A stretch of 64,000 nucleotides of DNA from Auanema rhodensis (lineage: Eukaryota; Animalia; Nematoda), in assembly GCA_964057225.1 (NCBI GenBank), contig OZ059895.1, forward strand, positions 15,934,001 through 15,998,000. Reading direction: 5' to 3'. Both the position numbers and the translations under genes were made by a program. Below are positions 28,635 through 42,019 of this stretch, piece after piece (position 1 is the first letter of the stretch; the number at the start of each line of letters is the position of its first letter). The notes under the pieces were generated by a model. It was not told the DNA's origin and made no database searches. It saw only the letters and a program-made list of their open reading frames with translations.

Positions 28635-29461
28635 AACATTCTCCTGTAATAGAAGAAAAATACAAACCAGTAAGTATGGAACATACCATCTTTATCAGTT
28701 TGGTGTTCTAACTGCAACACGATTGACAACTACGAATGAATCTTTATACTCGTATACACACACTTGAGCAAGAAGTAAAGTCTTAACTCAATCTTGAGAA
28801 TTCGGCAGCCGATATGATGGATATTGAAGAGCAATTGACAACCATTATTATTTTTCTGAATGATAGAAATCCAATCAAATGAAAACATGAATTTAGAGCT
28901 AATACACATGACCAAGTAATGCTAAGGAAGTGTAAAAATCTATTTAATCAAAGAACTTTTCGATACATCATCAAATTGGCCTAGTACTGTTTTCAATTGA
29001 CTGCACTTAACCACATTAACAACATTAACACAAATGTAATTGTTGATCGTCAAAATTTTAAAGAAATTGATAATATTTCAGATTATTGATTTAATGTTTA
29101 AAAACAATTATGCGTGAACACATTCTAATCAATACGTAATTAGCATTCGTGGAATGTTTCATTTTTTGATGGCATGACATGTGATGCGGTTGGGTTGTAG
29201 TAATATGCAGGTCCGTTTTTCATTATCTAATAATGTTGTGTTGAAAACAAATTAGTTTATTTGATCTTTATTTAACCTAGTAGTTTTGTTTTTCTATTTA
29301 ACTGTTTTATGGTTCATTATAGTTTATATTCAATATACTATATTTTTACCGTAATGTTTAGATTGAAGTGTTATTAATGTTGTTTCTCTTGTTCACTTTT
29401 GAGTAATTAAAATCATATATGATGTTTGAAATCATTTATTTTCGTTTCCTTAAGAAAAGGC

Positions 29462-30443
29462 TTAGAGACGTCCATATCCCTGGGAAGCTGGAGTGTCTTC
29501 ATTGACAGCAGCGGTACGTGGTGGGCATGGGCAGTAAGCAGCGTCTGGTCCTGGGAGTCCTGGGCCTCCAGCTGGTCCGTCAGTTCCTGGAACTCCGCTC
29601 TCTCCGTCCTAAGAATTCAATATAAATCATGATTTGTAAATGTTTTTTGTTACCTTTCCGTTTGGTCCGGATGGTCCTTCTGGTCCGTTATTTCCTGGGG
29701 CTCCGTTTTCTCCTGGGGCTCCTGGGTTTCCGGCTGGTCCTGCTGGTCCTTCTGGTCCTTGTGGTCCTGGGGCTCCCTTTCCGCGAGTTCCGTTAGCTCC
29801 TGGGGCTCCAGGTTGTCCGTCAATACCGTTGGTTCCTGGCTCTCCAGCATCTCCTTGTGGTCCTGGGGCTCCTGGGGTACCGTCAACTCCTGGGGCTCCT
29901 GGGGCTCCTGGTTGTCCGTCTGGTCCGGCTGGTCCGGCTGGTCCGTCTGGTCCTGCTGGTCCTGGTTCTCCGGCTGGGCACTTGATGCATTCGGATGGAA
30001 TGCTGTCCTTGATAAGGTTGATTCCGGCCTCTCCTGGGTTACCAGGCTGTCCATTGTCTCCATCAGTTCCACGCTCTCCTGGTTGTCCTGGAGGTCCTGG
30101 TGGTCCTGGTGGGCAGCTGTTGGATTGAGCTCCGCAGTTGCATGATCCTCCAGTCTGTCTCTTTCCACGGAGGAAGATAGCAGAAACATCGCTAGAGTGG
30201 CGTTGAGTGTTAACAGAGATCATGGAGTTCCAGGCATCGTTGGCGTAGGTCTAAAAAGAGAAGGAATGAATGTTCGTTAAAGCTTGGTTGAAGTGCTTGA
30301 CTTACGCGGAAATCATCCATATCATTCATAGCATCATCGTAGAAGCTGTTGATGTCCTGGAAGAGGAGACCAACATAGACCAAAGTGGCGAGGATGACGG
30401 TTCCGGAAGCTCCGGAGGCAAGAGTAATCAACAACTTTCCCAT
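29462..30443 (-). CDS. Nematode cuticle collagen, 3 exons
   Basis: N-terminal TM/col_cuticle_N domain, RGKR furin site, CNC...C cluster, Gly-X-Y blocks, C-terminal [10 protein letters not shown]; TATA-like TATATAA on the minus strand near 30485. Confidence 0.97.
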
Positions 30444-31551
30444 GTTTTTTCACGGAAACTGATGATTTTTTCAAACGATCGCCTTATATAAGCTTCTCTG
30501 ATCGCCCAAGGCAGTTGTGGATAGTTGCATTACCCGTCTTTTGGAGGACATTCCAAAAAAACTGGCACCCTAGAGGTCTTTTGCGCAGCATCCATTTCAA
30601 TTCGGTAGATAATCACCTGAAAAACACCATTGTATAAGCATACATTCGATTAAAACCTTCTTAAATATCGAAATCAACTCTATAATATCCTAGGACTATC
30701 TTATAGTTTAATCTAAAGAAACAATGTGCCAAATGAAAACAATCGAAAGGAACGATGGTCTTCTATCTGTCGTTTCCTCGGTGATCATGAAGATGAAAGA
30801 GGTGTTTTGCTTTATTGCCAGAGAAGACAGAAAACATGCCGCTGATGTAATTCTCTGTTCATTTTCATTTTTTTTCGACTCTTCTGATTTTTTCTGTAGC
30901 AAAGTTTAAATTATAGAATTAGTATCTTCTATGTCGATTGAAATAGTCATGTTCTCCAGGTGCTTGAGCGAAAATGCTAGGTTGCAAAACCTGTCCCAGT
31001 GACGTAGTTGAAAGATCAAAAGAAGATAGTGGTGTCAACTTTATTCAGAAATGTCCTTTCATTATTAATTGTTAAATCGAGAAAAATGTCATGATGAGAT
31101 AGATAACAATGTAAAATTAGAAAATAAATAAAGATTCTTAAAAAAGTATAAGAGTCTGCGAGAGAGAGAGTGAGAGAGAGAGAGAGACAAGGAGAGACCC
31201 TGAGCAATCACGCAAAAGTATAAAGAGAAAGAGAGTAAGAGAGAGAGAATTTGTCATGGGATTTTTTATGAACAAACATGCATTCTTTTGCACTACTACC
31301 AGAAGTTGAGGAATCTCCTAATGCCAATTAAAAGAAAGAAATGATCTCGATATGAATTGAAAAATGCTTGACAGTAGCGAGGATAAAGTCTCGTTGCACT
31401 GAGTTCTCAGATAGGGATAAATTCTCAAAAATTAGATATGAAAACCTATAACAATACTACTAAACAATAACTAAACAACACTGTTACTAAACTTTTTGAA
31501 AGTAATTATTAAGGAATGAAATATGGTTAGTAAAGAAGTAAAAATCCTAAG

Positions 31552-33611
31552 TTATGATGAGGGGTTTAGTTCATTTGTTTCACAATCTTGCAGAGGACGT
31601 TCCTCTGGAGTTTTATTTTCTAATTTGCCTTCCATGATAACCAGCTGGCAATTCAACAGACGATTGAAGAAAGTTGATAATGAGTCTGAAGATAAGAAAT
31701 TTTCAAAGAATAAAGTTGGAAAAGTTCATGATACCATTGATTAAAACTATATAGTGTGGCGCACTTGCAGGCTTAACGAATAAGAAATACAAGATAAGTC
31801 CACTGAAAACGAATATAACTCCTATAACGGTGACCTGAAAAAAGAAAATTCAAATCTTCAATCATATCTTAAGTTAGTATACCAGTGTTTCCTCGATGAA
31901 TGGAACAAAGACGAGGGCAACACTGATGATCAGGAATAAGATTATAGTACAGAGTGGAACCTTGATTGGATCTAAACAGTGGTCTGATCATTAAGCCTAA
32001 AAACTTCAACAACGTACTTTCTGCTACAGGCATCTTCTTGTATCTTAAGTACAGAAGAGCTACAATAGTGACAGCTCTTTGACCCCACATGACGAAGGTA
32101 ACGTAGTTAATAAGAGTATCAATATCAATAAAGGAAACAACAATAGTGCAGATTAACTGAAAAGCGAAACGTAAGTTTGGAACAGTTAACTAGAAGCTCA
32201 CTTGTCCAAGCAAAGCAGATCTAGGACTGTCAGATTCCCCATGAGTTCCGCTAAGGAATGGAGGGAAATGACGCTTTTGGGCAGCAGCGCGCATGGCTCT
32301 GGAGCCACAGAAGATGTTACTGTTCAATGTTCCAATAAGGAGAACAGCAATCATGAAAGGAATGGCATATGACCCATTACCCATGCAAGCTTGAGCAAAA
32401 TCCTAAAAAAAACAGCGTTGTATTGATGTTGGCATTCAGAAGCTTACAGCAGCAACAGCAGTACTGTTTTTGACTTGTTCAGGAGAGAGCACAATAAAGT
32501 AGGAGAAATTGATAAGAACATAAATCACAGTTACGGCAACAATACCCACAATAAGAGATAAGGGGATAGTTCTATGAAACCATTTGTCATAACATTGTAA
32601 ATTGCCTAATCTACAAACCTTCTTGGCTTGTAAATTTCGGGAGTTCCATAGTTCAAGATATCCCAGCCAGCATAACTCCATAAACCGCCATAAAACGCAA
32701 GAGATAATTTTCCAGGAGAGTAGACACTCCCAGCCATGGGGTTTTGAATGTTCTCATAATGTCCTGTACGAAACAATTTGATTTTTTGATTCCTAACATC
32801 ACTATATACCTTGGAAGAGATGAATAAAACCAAAACTTATGATAACGAAAACGATTATAACTTTAGCAAAAGTCATAACAGATTGAAATCTACCGGCATA
32901 CTTATCAATTGAAAAGAAATTCAAAGCTGTTAAAGCGACTAAAAACATGGAATAACATAGAGTTAACGACTTATAATCTTACTCAATAGCAAAAGTCCTA
33001 ATACCTTTTCCGCTACACTGTTCCAGAACGATTCCAACGTAAAAAGTGGTGCCAATCCACCCACTTAAAGAAGGACATACATAATGACCACAACAGAAAA
33101 ATGAAAAAGCATACTGAAGTATTGTCCAAACGTTTGAGCTTGTACTGCAGCTGATGCCGGATACGTTACTAGACATGATACCCACATGAACGCAAATGCC
33201 ATAGCTTCCCATCCAACATAGCTAGTATAAGCAAAGTCACATCCAGGGTCCGTTATAGAAGTTCCCAATTCAATATAAACAATAGCTCCTTGAAAATAAA
33301 TTTCCGGATGAGATTATAAAAAGTGATGGATTTACCAAGAATAGAGATGAGTCCACAGCCAGCCCAAACAAGCAAAGAAAGACCAACGGAATTAGTATAT
33401 AGCAATATAGAGGTAGGAGTAATGAAAATACCAGACCCAATAATATTATCTGTAAATTGATGCAAGATGGTTAGGAGTAGAAGTGAATAATCAGAGTTTT
33501 ACTTATGATATAAGAGGTACAAGTCATGAAACCCATTTTATTCCTCGGAGATTCTTCGGCCCTCTTCATCGTTTCAGACCGGCTGACTTCTCTATCTGAG
33601 CAGTCTGTCAT
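31552..33611 (-). CDS. aat-9: SLC7/LAT-family amino acid transporter
   Basis: NIIGSGIFITP, ELGTSITDPGCDFAY, AFYGGLWSYAGWDILNYGTPEI, GTLNSNIFCGSR. No Cys in the TM3-4 loop. The symbol is tentative. Confidence 0.8.
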
Positions 33612-34756
33612 GACTAAAATGAAACTGTTTTATCAGAAAATCATGAAACGTATCTAATTAAACGAAAAAATGACAAGATATTAAGAAGCATAAAATGAAT
33701 TTGTGTCTCTCATATTATTTGTTATTCGATAAGATCAATCGATAAAATATATAAAAACTTATTCTATAAATAAGCGATAGCTGAAATTTTAAAAACAAAA
33801 TATAAAGCCAGAAACTAGGCATATACCAAACACTATCCTACAGATAACGTTTATTTTTCTTCAAATGTACAAGCTTTACATCTCTAAAACGAAAATTTTT
33901 GTACGGCATCAAGCCGAAGAAATGAGGGGCTACTGTACGCTAAAAGATTAAACTCTGAAAACTCTGCCACCAAGAAATAAATTAAAACCAGTAAAACAAA
34001 TATCGCAATCATGCATAAAAAATCACAATGATTATGACAAGGTAAAGGAATAAATTATACAATTTTCGGAAAAAAAAAGGGTGTAAGTAAAAATACTATT
34101 GACCACGATTTACTATGTAAAAACGAGGATCAGAGACTGCTTTAATTTTCATTACAATAGATATAATGGGCGGATTAAGAATTGATAACATCATAAGAAG
34201 TATAAGACCCTGTCTTATAGCATGCTTACTTAAGTTGTCACTCGTCACTTCCACTTCTGATAAGCTGTAAATACAGTAGCTCAGATGACCTCTGTAATAA
34301 GATTAATCATAGATTGGCTATAAGATTCAGTAATAAAAAGATATATGGTTTAAGAGATGGTCAGTAATAATCAAGTTTAGAGTGTAAATGTTTTAGAATT
34401 GAATCTAAATTTAATCAATACTATAAACTGAATATATTAGTTCAAAAAGTACAGAAGTGCGAAAAAGATATTCAAAATAATTACTTTTTTTTGAACTTGA
34501 GTTGCAAAGATTCAAAACAACTATAAAACTTAGAACTTGGAACCGAAATGAAACACAAATAGTGCGTAAGATTCAAAAAAGGAAGTTATTTCTATTTCTA
34601 TTTCAATGCAAAAATGCCTTTTACTTTTAAAAATAGTTGCATTGCAATTTTAATCTGCCATAAATTACTGAGAAATTAAGGCACCAGATGATAAAGGTCT
34701 GATGAATATGAAGAGAATTTTTTCATAAGCTCAAATCGTTCTTAATGATCGGGTGA

Positions 34757-37700
34757 TTAATGTGATAACATATCAGAATGCCACGAAGGAGACTTACATA
34801 GCGTTTCAGTTGGACCAGCAGGTATGGGCTGAATAGCTGGTGTCGAATCTAAAGGACCCAATAATGAACTGAGCAAATCCTGAAATTTTATTAGTTGTCA
34901 ATTAATTTTTTCGGAAAGATCGATTATACCAAATTGGTTTGAGGGGCGGAAGTATTTTGAACTGGAGCAGCCAAAGGATTAATTCTCTAAAGGTCATCAG
35001 TATAAATATTTCTCTGAGTTGTGTAAACACCTGACTGGGATAGGGTTGCTGCTGCTGATTTATTTGCCCATTATAGTTCTGGTTGTTTTCCGTAGATGTG
35101 TTTGAGCTCATCATATTTCCATGCCAAGGAGATTGTTGAGCATTCTAGAAAAATAAATTATGCATTTGAATTGCAAATACAGTAACAATAACCTGTGGAA
35201 GATTTTTATGCCAAGGGGAAGGGTTGGATGAATAGGCTTGATTCATGTGAGAAGAATTTCCAAACTTTGGAAGCTGTTGGAATTGGCCGCCAGTTCCTGG
35301 GACATTGGAGACATTCTGTGTATTAGTAGCAGAATATGGAGGATTGTTTTGAGGAATGATATGCTGGTTTGGAATTGTTTGTTGGTTTTGAGATGGTGGA
35401 GTATAAGATTTCAAATTCACAGAATTTGCATTGGGGTTGTTCTGGTAGCCAGACGACACGATATTAGCGACCGGAGGTTGCTGTAGTGAGGTTGGTAACA
35501 AGGGCGAAGTTTTAGAAACTGTTTGATGGTTGTGAATTGATGGTGCTGTTGTAGAGACAGCAGGAGGTTGCTGCACGTAAGATTGATTACTGGCAGCGAA
35601 TGAATGAGAACTGATTGGAACTTGTGATGTCATGACATTGGAACCGTACGAGTTGACAGGAAATTGTTGCATGAGCTGGGACGGCAATACTGGCAGCTGA
35701 ATAGACGGAATATGCCCATTTGGTACTTGCGGATGTTGTTGATTATAGCCGGAAGAAGAAGTATTATGGATGTTAGGGACAGGTGATGGTCCCGGTGCAA
35801 ACGATGCTTGACTCTGGGGTTGTACATTAGTAGGACCAGAATAATTTGTATGACTTCCCGATAAACCTTGAGTGATGTTAGATGGTCTCACGATATTTGC
35901 GTCCTGATGGTGATGTTGATGAGAGATTCGAACATCAGAGGGTTGCTGATTTGGCATGATATGTTGCGGCGCTACTACAACTTGAGGTTGCTGTTGATTG
36001 ATGACTGGACTAGGTCCATTGAACTGTTGAGAATGGTTAGTGTAAGTATTTCGCCAATCCATTTGTGGCATCGAGTAGGGAACATTTTGAGAATACTGAT
36101 TATAGAAATTATTGGGAACAATAGTCTGATGAGGTTGATGCTGATGCTGTTGTGGTGGCTGTTGCGGATGCTGAAGTTGTGGCTGACTTTGAGGGGGAAG
36201 ATGAGATTGGGGTTGTGGGAGATGTTGCTGCTGTGGTTGTTGCTGCTGTGGTTGATGCTGCTGTGGTTGATGCTGCTGTGGTTGATGTTGTTGAGCCCAA
36301 TTTGGTCCACTTGGCAAGGGAGACGGAGTAGAAGAAGATGAGCTTTGTCTACTCATTGCTCCAAATCTAGGATCTTGCAGAGGTGGCATACCCGGGTTCA
36401 TAAGATTTGAATTAGGGGGAATAGCATGAATAGGCATTCGTGGTTGTCCCATCTCATGAGGTTGTTGGTATTGAACATGAGAGAAAGCGTTTGGTGATGA
36501 CACTGAAAAACGAAACAGCATATATTGAAAACAGGTTCAGAAACTTACTTTCCACAATTGGACTAAAGTGATAATCACAAACACTGCTTGGAGCTGGAGA
36601 CGGAGGTTGAGTAGATCCGCCTCCACTAGCATGAATATCATTATAAATTGAAAGTTGATTAGATGGTGGGTTCACTACAGGACTTGCAGCCTGAGGTGGC
36701 AATCCCATCTTGATACGATAAAACTCTTTGTAGTCCCCTACACGTCCTCTTCCAACTGAATTAAGAAAGCATTAGAAGGCTAGTACCTACTAATAACCAT
36801 ACCTCCAGCACCTGTTTGTCCAGGTAAAGCCGGTCCAGGAGCTTGAGCATTCATAAGATTCTTAGAGCCGGATCCTATAGCAAAATCAGATAAGGCTGCT
36901 CTTGTTTCCTGAGCAGCTCTAAGAGCCTTCATTTTTTCCTCCAAAGCCCTTATTTCCCCCTCTCTTTTCTGTTTTTCCTCTGCATCTGAAATAGAATCCA
37001 AAAAAAATGTCAAGATACTGAATAATATTACATGCACTTTCCATTCCTTTAACAGCAATTCCAAGTCTATCAACACGATCCAATAGCTTTTCATAGAACC
37101 TTGAAAACAAAATAAATATTTTTCTGTTTCAAAAATAAAATTTACTTTTTTCCCTCCTCAACCTTTTCGCAAACATCAGAATAAACATCGAATGATCTCA
37201 CTAACTCAACGATTTGCTCAGATCTTCTGAAAAAAAACAAAAAACCAGTTAGAAACAGAAAAAAACAATATAATAACTGACTTTGTATTTAATTCTTGAA
37301 TTCTGCGTCTCTGATCAGCGAAGTCAGCATTTGCTTCTGTGAGACCGGAAAGAATTTTGCTCTGAGCTGTTAAGTTCATACGAATATATTTGATAGTTTG
37401 GTCATGCTTTTGAAGCTCTTTATCGAAAACATGCTGAAAAGAGCAGAAATGATGAAAAAGGTAAAAAAAAAGAAATTTTACAGAGCAATCTGTATCTCTT
37501 TCGGCCAATAATCGTTTAGAAATATCATCCGTTGTTAGTTCTTCAGTCAATCGTTGTACAAGTGACGCTCTTTGGGTCTGCATTTCGTCAACTTTATCCA
37601 GATATTTCTTCAAAGCTGATCCTTCCGTGGTTGAACCTGGATAGTGTAAAGTACATCAGCATCTCAAAGATTAATTAGTGAACCTGGTGTCGAGATAACT

Positions 37701-39867
37701 GGACTCAATTTGCTCTTTAATTCTGTAAGGGGTAGGGTGAGAAGATGAAGATTCGCAGAATGAGCCGCTAAAGCCTTATGAAGTTCGCCATTGTTCGTTC
37801 TAGCTTGAAGATGATGCTCGTGCATTCTATTCACTTCTTTCAGAATTGCTTGATAACCTTCATCTGATCTCTACAATTGAAATTGAAATTTGTTTCTTTT
37901 GTTTCCGAAATTACCAATTCTGGCATATCGATGGAAGCTAATCGATCTTGAAGAGAGCTAATCTTAGTTTCTGCATGTGATGATCTCTCATTAACACCTG
38001 AAGCCGAAATATGGATAACATAAGTTTTTTGCTTTTCTTACTTTGCAATCGCTCTAAAATTTTCGGAACTGCATCAGGCTGTGAAGCAAGAGCAGCATTT
38101 CTCTCTAACAGGATATCCGGAACAGTAATGTCCCCTTCAGGGTCATTCAAGCCTAGCTCCCCAGCATTAATAGCAATCAGGAACAATCTATGTTTGATCA
38201 TGCAATATAACAGTATTATTAACACATTCTTACTGCAATTCTTCGTTTTTTCCATCAACTTCTTCGAAAATTTCACGCTTCAGCTTTGCCTTCCGTTCTT
38301 CATACTGTGACACCGTAGCCAACACAGTAGGTGGAAGTAAAGTGGAGAATATGTCAGCACCTCCAATTGAAGGATCCAGAGGATCAAATCCTAGTGGTTT
38401 CACTTTACATAGCCCCTGTACATTATAGAAATTAATAAAAATAAACCCAAGAGAGCATCTAACCTCGATTGCATTATTCATAATTTCTTCAGTACTTGGA
38501 ACTCTTTCATGATATATAAAGTCATTTTCCTTCTTAGCATTATCAAATCTACGTAAATCGAAAAATAATTTTTGAAACTCGAAAATTCCTACTTTCCCAC
38601 TATTACATCACTCAGAAACTGCAGTGAATCCCTCATGTCAAACAAATTTTTGTCATGCGCTGTGTACATATTTTCAAGATGAGTCTTAGCTGCCTCATAA
38701 TAAGCTAGTCTAAATATGGTAAGTATGGACAAATATTGTTTCCAATTTAATGTTTTACCTGAATCCAAATTTACTTTCTTCCTCAGCATTCATTCCCAAA
38801 TATAGCATGGTTACACATGAGTATAACTCCATTTTTATAAAACATAACGTTGTCCATAGCTAAAGTTTGTATATAATAAAAACAAATTTAAAAGACAACA
38901 AACTTTATATTTTTTGGAGTTAATCACGGAAGAAAGGTTCTTATCAATATGATTCAGGCAACTCTTATACAATTCTTTTAAATACATTGTTAGTTTAGCA
39001 ACAATCAAGCTTTTCCTGTGATCATTTACACTTTTTTCAACAAGACACTCTTGAGCTTGAGCCTAAAAAAAGTTTAAAAACTGAGAGCATAAGAGAGTAA
39101 GAGAATTGACTTACCAAAAGAATATTTACATAAAAGGTTAGCAAATCCTTATCAAAGTCAGGACAATTAAACTTTAACACGTCCATATTGTCACGCATAT
39201 ATTGGAAAGGAAAAGCTGCATATTGAAAATGCATAAATGCGTTCTTAATGCTCTGCAAAAGAAGCACAGTTTAAAACAAATAGCAATACAGTATAAACAT
39301 ACATCTTCATCATTTCTCGGTTGTTGCTTAGCTATATTAGCATGAACTGCTCCTATTTGATACATTACGGAAGCTAATTCATAATTAATATCTGAATGAG
39401 TTATAATGGTAGAACTTTCACTAATCTGATCTTGCCTTAAAATAATAATAATAATATAATAAAAGGACTAATACAAACAATACCATGAGAAAGGAACAAC
39501 TATTTGATCCCCTGTTTCCATGGGGAAACGATTTTTCATCATTAATAGTTGTGAAAAATAGCGCTTAAGAATACATGTAGTTTCAACATCATGATAATTT
39601 GTATTGATACTCTATAACGGATAATAGAGTTTTCGAAATTGAACATGGTTACTTACATGCTTCAAATTCTTGATTTCTCTAATTGCATCTTCGAAAACAT
39701 GAGGATCTGTTTGATAATGTAACAAAATATACTAAAGAAGAAAAAACATTAAAGATTTATATAAAAAAAACTACCTCTTTTAATTGCAAGTCGAAGGTTT
39801 CATCCAACTCATTAGCCTGTACCCTTATACTAGGCTCAATATCCTCCATTCTGGCCATGCCCTCCAT
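34757..39867 (-). CDS. ego-2: BRO1 + V-domain + Pro/Gln-rich ESCRT adaptor, HD-PTP/EGO-2 type; 3' end uncertain
   Basis: MEGMARME start resembles HD-PTP MEAVPRM; BRO1 motifs ELASVMYQIGAVH, AKKENDFIYHERVP, GADIFSTLLP; coiled-coil V domain; 450-codon P/Q-rich exon. Confidence 0.85.
36226..36293 (-). repeat. Coding 15-bp tandem repeat (QQHQP)
   Basis: About 4 copies of TGCTGCTGTGGTTGA on the plus strand within the P/Q-rich exon. Confidence 0.85.
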
Positions 39868-40347
39868 TCTATTCTAAAAGTAAATCATTAAACTGCATAA
39901 TAGACCAAAGGGAGAGAGAAAGTTGTAAGTATGTTGATTATGATGAATTAGTAACGATGTTTCATCGGTACGAACAACGAAATTCAGCCAACAGTTTTAT
40001 TATTTACGGTTTGGTTGCCCGGTTTTTACCCAGAATTAATGTCTTACTTACCGCATTCTGTTTGTTAGCTCTCGTTCTTCGGGTTGTGTTACTGAATTTT
40101 TTTTTCAAAATTTTAGTTTACGATGGAAATCTCTCTCTTTCGCTGTAAACAATTTTTTTTCGTTGCAAATTTATTCCTAAAAAATAAAAAAACCAATCCA
40201 CGTTCACTAGTTATTTATAGCACGTGACTTAACTATGTCGAAATGTCTATTTGACTATGCACTTGCTGCTATTTCAAAACTGCCAATTCTCCCCGAATCT
40301 GACTTATTCTTTTGTTTCTTGTTTCCCTTTTTACGAATTTTAGATCA

Positions 40348-40840
40348 ATGCAATCGATAGATAGTGTTTGTGGACTTCAGTGTTTTTTCTCGGTCGTCGT
40401 AACGGGCTTCATATGGGGAGCGACCAATCCTCTTATGAGGATCGGCTCTATTTCGTCAGTTAGACCGTGCTTTCAAGGTGTTGTTAATGCCTTTTTTCTC
40501 TGAATCATTTCTTATTTTATGTGGTCTGCGTGCTATGTTACTTGATCTTATATCTCTTATTAAATGTTGGAAGTTTTCTATTCCGTTTGGTCTAAATCAA
40601 CTAGGATCTGTATGTGCTAGTCATCAAGTTTATTATTAAAATTTATGTTCTTAGGTGCTTTTTCACGCTTTAATAGCTAAATACCCGTTATCTGTCATTG
40701 TTCCTATAACAAATGCAGTCCAGTTGATATCTGCTGCCGCTGTTGGTCACTGTGTAGGAGATTCGCTGAACTCTCGAAGTCTCATAGGACTGTTAATAAC
40801 AGCATTAGGAATTGTTTTGATGATTTTTGCGGACCTATAA
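40348..40840 (+). CDS. TMEM234-family small DMT-superfamily membrane protein
   Basis: GFIWGATNPLMRIGS, FSIPFGLNQLGSVLF, LSVIVPITNA, GLLITALGIVLM; divergent from the BRO1 gene. Confidence 0.88.
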
Positions 40841-41516
40841 TAAGAATTGTTTTTGTATTTATCTGACCGTTTCAACTACTAAATGTCGTCATTTTTGTTT
40901 GTTTTGTTAAACCCATTGGCAGCTGCCTTAATTCTCAAAGCTTCGGATATAGCTAAAACTTCCTCGTGTTATCCCGCTTCATTGTCTGTGTTAATGCATC
41001 AGAAATCTGTACTTTACAGAACATCAGGATTAAAGTTTTTGTGTACCAGCTTCACTTTCCTCAACAAGCCTCAACCATTGCTCTTTCTTTGTTGTCACGA
41101 TGTGTCTCGCGCGAACATTCCGCGTCGCGTGCGATAGCTGCACTGGCCACCAGCCGCTATCGATGGCGCCGCCCATTTGCTCTTTCCACAACCACCGCCA
41201 CCGACGCATTTTCTATTTCTTTCATTTTATTTTACTTTTGCGAACAGTTTCAGTCGGCTGTCTTACAATACGCTCTGTACATACGGTTCTCACTGTTTGC
41301 TCAAATCCGTTACTAACTGTACCTTTTCGTCGTTATTCATTTTTTGCTCTCATTTTATCGATTTTGTGTATTTATCTGAATTTATAAATTATATTATAGA
41401 CATCTCTGGTGTCTTCTTTGGTAACACTTTCTTTAACTGATTACCCGTTCTTCACGCTCCGAGGGAGAGAGCGTGTATGGACGTAGCCCTCTACTGTCCC
41501 CACTTCGCATCTAAAG

Positions 41517-41973
41517 ATTCTTTCCGAAGAATCTAGTGAACCGTCCTTACCGCCCTTAACGGGTTTCGTAAGTTTTTACTTTTGTTTTTCAAAAATATGT
41601 ATAGCCGTTTGTATAGTGCTTTCTGCTAGAGTTACCATGTTTGGTTCTTAATCTGATATCGCTCTTATCAAAAAAATTTCATTTTATATCAGGCGTTATC
41701 TGCGAAAAATTATGAGCTAATCGATCATATGGCAGGAAGGTCGAAGCTCAAATTATTTTATTTCATGTGCGCAAATATATACGTGTTTAGTTTCAATCTA
41801 ACATCCGCCAACATAATGATATTTGATCAATTATGATATAATCTGCCATTTTACAGACTGACGAGGCCTTAGGCGTTATCTTCATAACCTACGCTCAACC
41901 TCAACTTAGAGCCAGTCAAGTACAGCTTGACAAGAACGCAGAACCTCCTTGGGATCCAGATCCAGTTTTCTGA
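41517..41973 (+). promoter_or_regulatory. Spliced non-AUG uORF of the AZIN1/ODC uCC type, about 55 codons (41517-41567 joined to 41857-41973)
   Basis: ATT (A at -3)-LSEESSEPSLPPLTGF|TDEALGVIFITYAQPQLRASQVQLDKNAEPPWDPDPVF*. No AUG, in-frame TAG upstream at 41484, gtaagt donor and ttacag acceptor in phase 0. Confidence 0.85.
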
Positions 41974-42019
41974 GGTTATCATTGTATTGCTATTTTTTCA
42001 ACAATTCCTTTAGTTTCAG

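Noticed and set aside
29426-30189. Long antisense and alternate-frame ORFs over the collagen
   Set aside because: By-product of GGA-CCA codon bias in the Gly-X-Y repeats
35238-36341. Antisense and alternate-frame ORFs over the P/Q-rich BRO1 exon
   Set aside because: Low-complexity shadow ORFs
41117-41137. ATT CCG CGT CGC (IPRRVR*), resembling the AZIN1 uCC start IPPKKRR
   Set aside because: Stops after 6 codons with no convincing donor linking it to the PPW frame; probably promoter or outron sequence
41693-41739. Possible cassette exon within the uCC intron
   Set aside because: Weak donor (gtcgaa) and 47 nt long, so it would break the PPW frame; unsupported without RNA data
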